Shown: positions 24,369-31,790, numbered from the stretch's first letter. The stretch is DNA of 32,000 bases from Polynucleobacter sp. JS-Mosq-20-D10 (GCF_018687755.1 NZ_CP061305.1:2019788-2051787), one strand, 5' to 3'. The notes: generated from the sequence alone by a model not told the origin. A program made the numbers and translations.

Positions 24369-24671
24369 ATGAAATCCATTGTTCTTTCGCTGTTGATAGT
24401 CATTTCACACCCCATTTGGGCTCAGGTGACCAATTTTGACAATAGCCCATACAACATGCAAAACAGTCCATACAACATGGATAACTCGCCTTACAACATG
24501 CGTAATAGCCCTTACAACATGGATAACAGCCCTTACAACGCCAGCTCAACTAATGGCGTTTATGACAATACAGGCAATCGGATTGGGTATGAAGTTAAGG
24601 CGCCAAGTGGCGTAACAAACTACTTTGATAACAGTGGTAACCGAATTGGCTATACCCCATCAAAAAAGTAA
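24369..24671 (+). CDS. Secreted repeat protein (5 x NSPYNM heptads, 2 x GNRIGY)
   Basis: Signal peptide MKSIVLSLLIVISHPIWAQ. 21-bp tandem repeats at 24441-24545. Confidence 0.65.
   Translation: MKSIVLSLLIVISHPIWAQVTNFDNSPYNMQNSPYNMDNSPYNMRNSPYNMDNSPYNASSTNGVYDNTGNRIGYEVKAPSGVTNYFDNSGNRIGYTPSKK
24441..24545 (+). repeat. 5 x 21-bp in-frame tandem repeat
   Basis: aayagyccwtacaacatgnnn units encoding NSPYNM(Q/D/R). Confidence 0.85.
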
Positions 24672-24700
24672 ATTTTTTGACTGTCTAAGAAAGGAATCTC

Positions 24701-25045
24701 ATGCGTGACTACACCTACATAGAAGGCTATCGTTTCAGCATTTGGAATGTCTACCGTAGTAAGAGGTTTGATGTTGATAGGCTAGATATCAACTGGGCAG
24801 ATAAAGATAAGCCTGAATTTATTCGGGGATTAAGAATAGTTGATCACAACGAATCTGAAACTTACATAGTGCATGGTGATGAGGCTGATAACTTAGCTTA
24901 CAGCATGTGTTTTCTAAATGGCGAGAATAGAGATAACAAGCCTGATCATTTTGATAGCTATTTAACGCTGGCGACAAGTAAGAAAGAATATTTAGTTCAT
25001 AAGTTATTTGAAGGTGAAAAACCTGCTGAAGAGGCTGTTCACTAA
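24701..25045 (+). CDS. Hypothetical protein
   Basis: AAGGA RBS, 114 aa, no motif recognised. Confidence 0.55.
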   Translation: MRDYTYIEGYRFSIWNVYRSKRFDVDRLDINWADKDKPEFIRGLRIVDHNESETYIVHGDEADNLAYSMCFLNGENRDNKPDHFDSYLTLATSKKEYLVHKLFEGEKPAEEAVH

Positions 25046-25048
25046 ACC

Positions 25049-25621
25049 ATGTCTGGATCTTTAGTAATTGATACAAGCGAATTCTTGGCGGCATTAATCA
25101 GACTAAAACCTGTTGCCCCTAGACGCAGGAAAACAACTCGTATTGGTATTGCTAAAAAAGTTATTGAGGATGATTTTTATATTTCCTTTTTATTTGGGGA
25201 AGCTGTCTTTAGTAGTCATGGTGTACAAACAAGGTGCGTAGTTGAAAAGGCAAACTGGCGGGGCTATGTCAGCACTGACTTTGGTATGGTGCTTACCTTT
25301 CTTAAAGGTAAGCCCTCAGGCAAAACGGTCACCATTTCTTTTCTTGGTAACAAATTAAAAATCGAATCCTTAACTATTGCCTGTCAATGGGCGCCAGTCC
25401 CTGACTGGATTGGGGAAATGAGCACCGAAGCTCTTTTTCTAAGCGAGAAGGCCAAGATAAAAGAAGATCTTATGTACTGTCCCAAGTGTGGAAAAAGACA
25501 AATTATTGTCTTAAGTCATAAGCCACACATGCAACTGGAGCTCGACTCTCCAAAGTTACCGAAGATCCTACCTAATCGCCAATGTAAATCCTGCAAGCAT
25601 GGCTGGTTAGAAATCTCATAA
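25049..25621 (+). CDS. Hypothetical protein with C-terminal zinc-ribbon (CPKCG...CKSCKHG)
   Basis: Starts 3 nt after the previous stop. Two CxxC pairs at the C-terminus. Confidence 0.55.
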   Translation: MSGSLVIDTSEFLAALIRLKPVAPRRRKTTRIGIAKKVIEDDFYISFLFGEAVFSSHGVQTRCVVEKANWRGYVSTDFGMVLTFLKGKPSGKTVTISFLGNKLKIESLTIACQWAPVPDWIGEMSTEALFLSEKAKIKEDLMYCPKCGKRQIIVLSHKPHMQLELDSPKLPKILPNRQCKSCKHGWLEIS

Positions 25622-25634
25622 ATGACGAGAAATT

Positions 25635-25880
25635 ATGAAGAACATAACTATTAGAAACTGTACCTTTGCCTTTCGCTGTAAAGCGAACTGGGATGCCATG
25701 ACGCAAACAGATACGGAGGGTAAAGTTCGCTTTTGTTTGGACTGCCAAAAAGAAGTTTTTTTATGTGAAAACGATGAAGAGCTAATTAGCAACGTAGTGA
25801 ACAATCGCTGTATCGCATTGATACGAGAAGAGCGCGGTCAGTCACGCAGGTTGCTCGGCGAAGTGATCAATAGAGGCTAA
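25635..25880 (+). CDS. Small Cys-rich protein
   Basis: 81 aa. C-x5-C...C-x2-C-x7-C pattern (NCTFAFRC...FCLDCQKEVFLC). Confidence 0.5.
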   Translation: MKNITIRNCTFAFRCKANWDAMTQTDTEGKVRFCLDCQKEVFLCENDEELISNVVNNRCIALIREERGQSRRLLGEVINRG

Positions 25881-25882
25881 CT

Positions 25883-26413
25883 ATGAAGAAAAGTCTTTAC
25901 ATCACCTTAGCCATAATCCTAGCAACACCTTTCACAGCATATTTGGTGATCCAATGTATCGATCCGTCAGATCCTGATTTGGTCTATGTTAAAAAGCCCA
26001 GTCTGTTTTCTGGTGCGTGGCAAAAAGTAGCCTACTCCGATAACTTTTCTGAATATATTGAGCCTAAAAAAATGGCGAGGAATTTAGATTCGACAGTAGA
26101 TATAGTAACGATGAGAAATTACTTTAAGCCTCAGTTAGACGACGATAGCGACAAAAGTATCAGTTATAAATCCCAAGTCTCTTATGAAACTATCGACTGC
26201 TTCAATCAAACAGTTACCGTCACTAAGATGTATCGATTGAGCGAGCAGTTTACTAAAGGATCTTTAATTGACGAGCCTATTGAACCAGTCTCTACCCCCA
26301 TCCGCGTTAATGCTCGATCAATTGGTTTTAGCAAAATTCGTAAAGTCTGCGAATTATCTAATTTATCTACCGATCCTCAGTATATTAAAAGTAGCTTTAT
26401 GAATAGCATTTAA
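25883..26413 (+). CDS. Membrane-anchored or secreted hypothetical protein
   Basis: GAGG RBS and an N-terminal hydrophobic helix. Starts 2 nt after the previous stop. Confidence 0.55.
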   Translation: MKKSLYITLAIILATPFTAYLVIQCIDPSDPDLVYVKKPSLFSGAWQKVAYSDNFSEYIEPKKMARNLDSTVDIVTMRNYFKPQLDDDSDKSISYKSQVSYETIDCFNQTVTVTKMYRLSEQFTKGSLIDEPIEPVSTPIRVNARSIGFSKIRKVCELSNLSTDPQYIKSSFMNSI

Positions 26414-26478
26414 AAATACATAACGAGCTAGTAATCACCTATAGTTATAGAAACTGTGTTTATTTCAGGAAATGAGCA

Positions 26479-27447
26479 ATGAGTGACCTAGAGCGCCTCC
26501 ATCGCATCAAATATATGATTCAGGCCCGCAAATGCGTGCCCATTCAAGACTTCCTAGAAGAGCTTGAAATCTCTAAGGCCACCTTTAAGCGTGATTTAGA
26601 GTATCTAAGAGACAGGATGAATGCCTCAATCATCTTTGATCGTTCCGAAGGTGGTTATCGCTTTGATAAACCTAATTCGGGAGAAAAGATTGAACTACCA
26701 GGATTATGGTTCTCGGAAAAAGAAGTAACCGCCCTTGTACTAATGCAACATCTTCTATCAGGCTTAGATAAAGGGGGGTTGATTGAACCACACATTGCTC
26801 CACTTACCTCAATCATTGATGGCATTCTTGGGCAAAGTAACACTCCAGCAAAAGAACTGCGTAAGAGACTAAAAGTATTTGGAATGTCGTCACGTAAAAG
26901 TTCTATCGAAAGTTTTGAAGAAGTTGGTAATGCTCTCCTAACTCGCAAAAGGCTTCACATTACCTACTATGCACGCGGCAAAGATGAAACCACTGAGCGT
27001 GAAATATCTCCACAACGATTAATCTTTTATAGAGATAACTGGTATCTAGATGCCTACTGTCACCTACGGAATGATTTGCGTAGCTTTGCCGTGGACTGTA
27101 TTGGCAAGGTAATCATTACTAATATAAAGGCAGATGAAATTTCAGAAAAACAATTACACGAACACTTTGCAGAAAGCTATGGAATTTTCTCAGGCAAAGC
27201 TATTCAACGTTGCAAGTTAAAGTTCTCGCCTGAAAAGGCTAGATGGGTAAGTGCCGAGACTTGGCATGGCCAACAGGTTGGCACTTTCGACAAAGAAGGC
27301 AACTACCTTCTAGAGTTTGATTACAACCAAGATCCAGAATTGGTAATGGATATATTGAAACATGGGGCAGGGGTTGAGGTTTTGGCGCCAGCAAGTTTAC
27401 GTAAGCGGGTTCAAGACGAACTTTTAAAAGCATTAAGTAACTATTAA
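26479..27447 (+). CDS. WYL-domain transcriptional regulator (HTH-WYL-WCX, YafY/BrxR/CapW-like)
   Basis: N-terminal wHTH (VPIQDFLEELEISKATFKRDLEYLR) and a literal WYL motif (FYRDNWYLDAYCHLRNDLRSF). Confidence 0.85.
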   Translation: MSDLERLHRIKYMIQARKCVPIQDFLEELEISKATFKRDLEYLRDRMNASIIFDRSEGGYRFDKPNSGEKIELPGLWFSEKEVTALVLMQHLLSGLDKGGLIEPHIAPLTSIIDGILGQSNTPAKELRKRLKVFGMSSRKSSIESFEEVGNALLTRKRLHITYYARGKDETTEREISPQRLIFYRDNWYLDAYCHLRNDLRSFAVDCIGKVIITNIKADEISEKQLHEHFAESYGIFSGKAIQRCKLKFSPEKARWVSAETWHGQQVGTFDKEGNYLLEFDYNQDPELVMDILKHGAGVEVLAPASLRKRVQDELLKALSNY

Positions 27448-27603
27448 ACGTCTGGTAACTAGATGCTTTATTCAAAGGTTGATTATTTTTACTTTATGAT
27501 TTAACCTATTAATACATCAAGAGATGGCTTAGTCGCCACAGCAACCTGCTAACGCAGTAAGGTGCTAAAAAGATGAGGCTCCCAGTGAGCAATCAAAGCG
27601 ACT

Positions 27604-27628
27604 AACCCACCCATTGGTGGGTTTTTTT
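27604..27628 (+). terminator. Rho-independent terminator about 155 nt after the WYL gene
   Basis: aacccacc-catt-ggtgggtt, followed by ttttt. Confidence 0.7.
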
Positions 27629-27690
27629 ATTGGCGATTTAACTCAACTTGCTAAGCCAGACATTCGTCAAATTAGCTAAAAGGAGGAAGT

Positions 27691-28050
27691 ATGACTATCT
27701 ATGAATTTAGAGAATGGCGCTTTAGACTAGGACTAACTACAGAGGCTTCCGCTGAGCTCTTAGGGGTTTCAAAAGATGCCGTATTGGGCTGGGAGCTTGG
27801 TAAGCATCCAATTACAAAGCAGACCCGCCTAGCAACATTAGCTTGTGAACTTGCCTATATTGCCGCAGACCAATATGTAAAGGCTCACCCTTATCCATCA
27901 GTCAACAACGGGATTAAAAACTTTGTAGCACATTCTGGAAGGAAAAAAATTAGAGAGGGCATCATCAATGGAAGGAATCCCATTGAAAGAGAGTTATCAA
28001 TACTTCTCGCGCCTAAGTCCCTCATCCACTGTGAGGGCAAGAGATCATGA
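27691..28050 (+). CDS. XRE-type HTH protein
   Basis: Strong RBS AAGGAGGA. FRLGLTTEASAELLGVSKDAVLGWELGK. Confidence 0.65.
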   Translation: MTIYEFREWRFRLGLTTEASAELLGVSKDAVLGWELGKHPITKQTRLATLACELAYIAADQYVKAHPYPSVNNGIKNFVAHSGRKKIREGIINGRNPIERELSILLAPKSLIHCEGKRS

Positions 28051-28724
28051 AAACAAATGAATTTGCGTTTTACCGAAAACGAATCCGTCAAACCCAAGAG
28101 AAGATCGCTGAAGTTCTCAATATCCCTCTAGATATCTATATCGAAATTGAGGATAACAAACGAGAGCCTTCTCAGCAGGTTAGAGAGGCTTTTGGTTCTC
28201 TATTAGCCAGGTTTCCAGGAAGTACAGACCTATCAAGGCCTAAGATTAAGGCGATTGATGAATATAAAGTTCAATACCAATTTAAAACTGGGAAACTGCC
28301 CGTTGGTAAGCATTGGATTCCATTCAATATTTTAGGATGTAAAAAGGTATTGATTGATTTCAGTCCATACGATGATGATCTAGATAAAGGAGTAATTAAG
28401 ACAGAAAAGGAGATGTGGAATTGGATAAATGCTCATGACATATCACCCGTAATTACTCCCGAGTATTTCAATCACCTTACCACTCTAAATAATCGTGAAC
28501 TTCAGGAAGAGGTTGATTTTTGGGATAGATTCTATACAGCTCAGCATTATGGGAAATATAAGTCTAGAACAACGCCAAAAGAACTTGAGGAGCAAATCTC
28601 GAAAAAGAAAGAGCGTACTAGAGCATATTGGATAGATAAGGCTAATCGGGTTTTAATAAAAACTCTACTTGGACTTATTGCTTTATGGGGGTTGGCTCAC
28701 CTAATAGTTTTTTTAGATAAATGA
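28047..28724 (+). CDS. XRE-type HTH protein with C-terminal transmembrane anchor
   Basis: ATGA overlap with the upstream gene. N-terminal IRQTQEKIAEVLNIPLDIYIEIE and C-terminal VLIKTLLGLIALWGLAHLIVFL. Confidence 0.6.
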   Translation: MKTNEFAFYRKRIRQTQEKIAEVLNIPLDIYIEIEDNKREPSQQVREAFGSLLARFPGSTDLSRPKIKAIDEYKVQYQFKTGKLPVGKHWIPFNILGCKKVLIDFSPYDDDLDKGVIKTEKEMWNWINAHDISPVITPEYFNHLTTLNNRELQEEVDFWDRFYTAQHYGKYKSRTTPKELEEQISKKKERTRAYWIDKANRVLIKTLLGLIALWGLAHLIVFLDK

Positions 28725-28740
28725 AGTGCTGGTAATGAAG

Positions 28741-28757
28741 TGTCCTTTAAAAGGACA
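28741..28757. repeat. Palindrome family, arm-compensated variant
   Basis: tgtcctttaaaaggaca. Lies 17 nt after the stop at 28724. Confidence 0.7.
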
Positions 28758-28926
28758 TTACATGAAAAGGGTACCCCGAGCAATGCCACCCCTATAGTTG
28801 AAACGGTCAAACAGGATTCTCAATCCCCACCACTAGATTAGAAGCTCTGGGCAATGACATAAGGCGCTGGAACTAAGGTGGTGGCACCATTGCTTAACTT
28901 AGACGCAAATAGCTAGGGTAGAAATG

Positions 28927-28955
28927 AAAAAAGAGAGCTAGAAGCTCTCTTTTTG
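28927..28955. terminator. Bidirectional terminator hairpin following a TLE
   Basis: aaaaaagagagc-tagaa-gctctcttttt. Confidence 0.7.
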
Positions 28956-29006
28956 AATCTTGGTGGCCCGGGGCGGAATCGAACCAGGGCCGAGGATGCC
29001 TGATCC
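28956..29006 (-). repeat. TLE copy, subfamily B
   Basis: aatcttggtggcccggggcggaatcgaaccagggccgaggatgcctgatcc. 29 bp (28958-28986) are identical to 11882-11910. Confidence 0.9.
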
Positions 29007-29062
29007 AAGCTCTTTTTAATTTCGTTGTACTCAAATCGAGCTTTTGGATTTACCTTGGAATG

Positions 29063-29464
29063 TTACTGAGCCCATTGCTCACAAAGTACAGTTGGGTTTC
29101 CATAGCCCCGCCCATTTTCCATTCCAGAATTCATGCAATAGTTAAATCTTTCTAAAGCACGCCCAGTTAAGCCTGTGTTGTATACGCCCGCTCCTGACGT
29201 TCCTACTGAAGGAGGCGGCCCCCCGGAGCAAACCAATTGACCGTTTTGTGCAGAGATATTCGTACATTGGGTGGCATTTGTAAGTCTTGCCGCTACCCAT
29301 TGGCCTCGCCCATTCTGACAAGACGCTACCATAGTTGTCCCCTCCATAGCTGATGCTTGACATGAATTAGACCAATTGCCAGGAATCATTCGATATGGCT
29401 GAGCATTTGTCTGAAATGCAAGAAGTGTGAAGAAAGTAAAAACCGATACTCTAAGAAATAACAT
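29063..29464 (-). CDS. Secreted cysteine-rich protein (possible CVNH-like lectin half-repeat; tentative)
   Basis: Signal peptide. W.NSC...G..MVASCQNGRGQW....L.....N..GQL.C resembles the CVNH spacing. Confidence 0.55.
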   Translation of the reverse strand: MLFLRVSVFTFFTLLAFQTNAQPYRMIPGNWSNSCQASAMEGTTMVASCQNGRGQWVAARLTNATQCTNISAQNGQLVCSGGPPPSVGTSGAGVYNTGLTGRALERFNYCMNSGMENGRGYGNPTVLCEQWAQ

Positions 29465-29583
29465 GGCAGTTCCTTTTAATTATTTAAATATCCGTTGGTG
29501 ATAAGAACAAACTTAATCTCCCTCTCTTTGGAGGCTGTACTTCAGAGTGAAGTCATACTGTCTGGCAAAAAGCATGCTGGACA

Positions 29584-30822
29584 TTAACGCAAGAGAATTC
29601 CTGGTGATGCTGGGATACTGCCAGGGACTTTATTAAGGCTTAATAATTGCGAAATAATCTTCAAGACCATTGGCGAATAGCCGTTATCGTTTGCTGGAAT
29701 ACTATGAACATCGTCATCAATATTTTTTACTCTTGCAAAATTTTTATTACTTGAGTCATTTTTTCTGACAATCAATAAGGCATATTGATTTTCTTGGCCG
29801 ATTTTTCGAGCTTGAGTAGTTGCTGATGGAGGCAATGTAACAATGAAGGGGTTTTCTTGATTCTGGGCGGATACTACCTGTCCAAGATATTCGAAGACTG
29901 TATTGGGTGATCGAATGGTTAAGATTAGTTCAGATTTAGAGCTCTTATTTTTAGGGGCGTTTAGACTTGCTTTGCAAAAAATGTCAGAGCTAAATTCTTC
30001 TTTAACAAAGTTGGCAAATTTGTTCTCATCAACGCAAATCTTAAATTGAGGTTGCAGTTGCATTTGGCCGTACATTGCACCATAAGCACCGGATGATCCA
30101 CCATACCCACCTGGACTTTGATAAGGCGATGGCATGTTAGGTTGTGAATAGTTTGCTGTTCTACCTAATGCAGGAGAACTATTTTTCTTTGGCCCCTCTT
30201 TGACCTGATCAACAGTCAAGCCGTAACTTAGCAACTTATAAAGCTCGGCTTGGAAGGCGGGATATTCTGGTAAAAGCGGATTGTTTATATACCGAGTAGA
30301 TTTACCATCAGCTTGCTTAATTTCAATTGAAGCAACTACTAGACTAAACATTACCTCTCTCGGGATATTATCGGAAATAAAAAACTTGGCAGTTCCAATA
30401 GGGATTTGAGATAAAAATCCTTGCAGAAAAGTGGCATTATCAAGTGAGGACTGGGAAAAGTTAAAACTATTACCAAAAGATGGGTTGAGACTCGGGCTAA
30501 ATGAGCTTATGCCAAGAGGGCCGCCTGCAAGCCCTCCAATGAATCCATTCATTGATGGACCTAATCCTGTATTAAAACTTACATTTCCAGATCCATTGAT
30601 GCTGGGAATATCTAGAAAACTTAACGGGCGCTCATTGGATGCGCGGATGATATTAATCAGGATGCTATTTAATTGGTACTGCTCCAAAATGACGGCGTAG
30701 CGTGCCGACATCTCTGTAAAGTCTGGAGTGACGGGAGTAGTGCAACCCCCAATCAATATTGTTATTGAAATTGAGCTACAAATTGCTTTGATGCCATTAA
30801 TGATGGTGGAATTCACTGACAC
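29584..30822 (-). CDS. Lipoprotein, Gly/Ser/Pro-rich, unknown function
   Basis: GTG start, lipobox LIGGC, 412 aa. Confidence 0.6.
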   Translation of the reverse strand: MSVNSTIINGIKAICSSISITILIGGCTTPVTPDFTEMSARYAVILEQYQLNSILINIIRASNERPLSFLDIPSINGSGNVSFNTGLGPSMNGFIGGLAGGPLGISSFSPSLNPSFGNSFNFSQSSLDNATFLQGFLSQIPIGTAKFFISDNIPREVMFSLVVASIEIKQADGKSTRYINNPLLPEYPAFQAELYKLLSYGLTVDQVKEGPKKNSSPALGRTANYSQPNMPSPYQSPGGYGGSSGAYGAMYGQMQLQPQFKICVDENKFANFVKEEFSSDIFCKASLNAPKNKSSKSELILTIRSPNTVFEYLGQVVSAQNQENPFIVTLPPSATTQARKIGQENQYALLIVRKNDSSNKNFARVKNIDDDVHSIPANDNGYSPMVLKIISQLLSLNKVPGSIPASPGILLR

Positions 30823-30959
30823 CCCAAGAATTGAACTATGTTCGAAATCTAGGGCGGTAGGTTTGGCAGAATGCCAAGTCAGCTCAGAGGTCTGTTGGAA
30901 TCATACTAACTGATTACAGTTGGTGATGGAGTAGAGAAAGGGTAAACACTTGAAATATT

Positions 30960-30976
30960 TGTCGTTTAAAACGACA
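30960..30976. repeat. 17-bp palindrome, perfect
   Basis: tgtcgtttaaaacgaca. Confidence 0.9.
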
Positions 30977-31058
30977 TCGCAAGCACCGGCCCTAGATGAC
31001 AGTCGCTTAAATAGACGCAGGACCGACACAGGGATGACAAATCCCCAATAAATAAAGC

Positions 31059-31073
31059 GTCCTTTTAAAGGAC
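31059..31073. repeat. Palindrome family, arm-compensated variant
   Basis: gtccttttaaaggac. Confidence 0.65.
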
Positions 31074-31158
31074 AGTTCATGATGGGGGGATGTGAACGGC
31101 AACTGTAAACCATGTGGTCGGTACCGGATGTAAACCATGTGTCCGGTACGTACCAGTG

Positions 31159-31209
31159 TTTCTTGGTGGCCCGGGGCGGAGTCGAACCAGGGCCGAGGAT
31201 GCCTGATTC
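31159..31209 (-). repeat. TLE copy, subfamily B
   Basis: tttcttggtggcccggggcggagtcgaaccagggccgaggatgcctgattc. Confidence 0.9.
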
Positions 31210-31293
31210 AAAGAATTGAGCCCACAAAAGTTGATTTTTAGTGCCCTTAATCATTGGTGATAATAAAGATATCTATTCTAGAAAAAAGAGGCT

Positions 31294-31620
31294 ATGGTAA
31301 CAATCATGCTCAAATATTTATCTAACATCGATAAAGCAAGGTCAACCAATAAAAACTATCGCATAAACGATAGGCAAGCATTCATCCTGGACTATATATG
31401 TGAAAAACATCTTTCCCATAAGGTCTGCCACATCCAAGAGATTATTTTATTAAAAACAGTTGGATCTCAGGCAACGCTTCATGCTGTTACAAAAGTTCTG
31501 GCTAAACTAGGTCTGATTCAAGTTAGGATCGATCCGGTTGATAACAGAATGAAAAATGTTCTGCCAACCCCTCTAGCTCTACAACGTTTAAAGACTTTAG
31601 TAGCTATTTTTCAGAAATAG
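31294..31620 (+). CDS. MarR-like winged-helix regulator (short)
   Basis: AGAGG RBS. IQEIILLKTVGSQATLHAVTKVLAKLGLIQVRIDPVDNRMKNV resembles the MarR recognition helix and wing. Confidence 0.55.
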   Translation: MVTIMLKYLSNIDKARSTNKNYRINDRQAFILDYICEKHLSHKVCHIQEIILLKTVGSQATLHAVTKVLAKLGLIQVRIDPVDNRMKNVLPTPLALQRLKTLVAIFQK

Positions 31621-31680
31621 CCCTTAAGCAATACCACATAGCAACGTCATACTAATCAACGGAACCTCATCCGCCCGACC

Positions 31681-31715
31681 AAAAGAAAATGCCCCGCACG
31701 GAGCAGGGCATTATT
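31681..31715. terminator. Bidirectional terminator between the MarR-like gene and a TLE
   Basis: aaaagaaaatgccc-cgcacggagc-agggcattattt. Confidence 0.6.
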
Positions 31716-31716
31716 T

Positions 31717-31767
31717 GAGTTTGGTGGCCCGGGGCGGAATCGACCAGGGCATCAGGATATCTGACTC
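31717..31767 (-). repeat. TLE copy, subfamily B
   Basis: gagtttggtggcccggggcggaatcgaccagggcatcaggatatctgactc. Confidence 0.85.
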
Positions 31768-31775
31768 TAGTCAGC

Positions 31776-31790
31776 GTCGATTAAATCGAC
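31776..31790. repeat. Palindrome family, arm-compensated variant
   Basis: gtcgattaaatcgac. Confidence 0.65.

Larger units (their letters stand above)
11939..28955. mobile_element. Putative integrated genomic island(s): integrase, second recombinase, R-M-like operon, WYL module
   Basis: Bracketed by same-orientation TLE copies sharing 29 identical bp. No TLE lies inside, whereas outside they occur about every 1 kb. Two tyrosine recombinases are present. Exact att sites were not identified. Confidence 0.5.

Noticed and set aside
25049-25621. Impression that the 190-aa protein resembles a single sliding-clamp (DnaN-like) domain.
   Set aside because: This rests only on a vague alternating hydrophobic pattern, with no conserved motif to support it. 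It is left as hypothetical.
16527-30913. Antisense or overlapping short ORFs (16527..16718, 16761..16946, 17122..17364, 17129..17374, 17456..17659, 18676..19158, 19290..19694, 20133..20330, 21107..21352, 23222..23434, 23855..24079, 24819..25094, 25616..25804, 26655..26948, 27239..27475, 27891..28097, 29142..29363, 30431..30700, 30728..30913).
   Set aside because: All are embedded in or antisense to longer, motif-bearing or operon-consistent ORFs.
31104-31150. 25-bp tandem duplication tgtaaaccatgtgNNNggtac (31104-31125 and 31129-31150).
   Set aside because: It is real but small, and lies within repeat debris between elements. It is probably a replication-slippage scar rather than a functional feature.
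30901-31254. 117-aa minus-strand ORF in the track.
   Set aside because: It is assembled from repeat sequence (tRNA-like element, two palindromes and a 25-bp tandem duplication at 31104-31150). It has no RBS. Its peptide GPGSTPPRATKK is simply the translated repeat.
421-31790. CRISPR array formed by the repeated elements.
   Set aside because: Spacing is 0.3-3 kb and contains whole genes. The repeats are about 50 bp and degenerate, and the palindromes are irregularly spaced. No cas genes are present.
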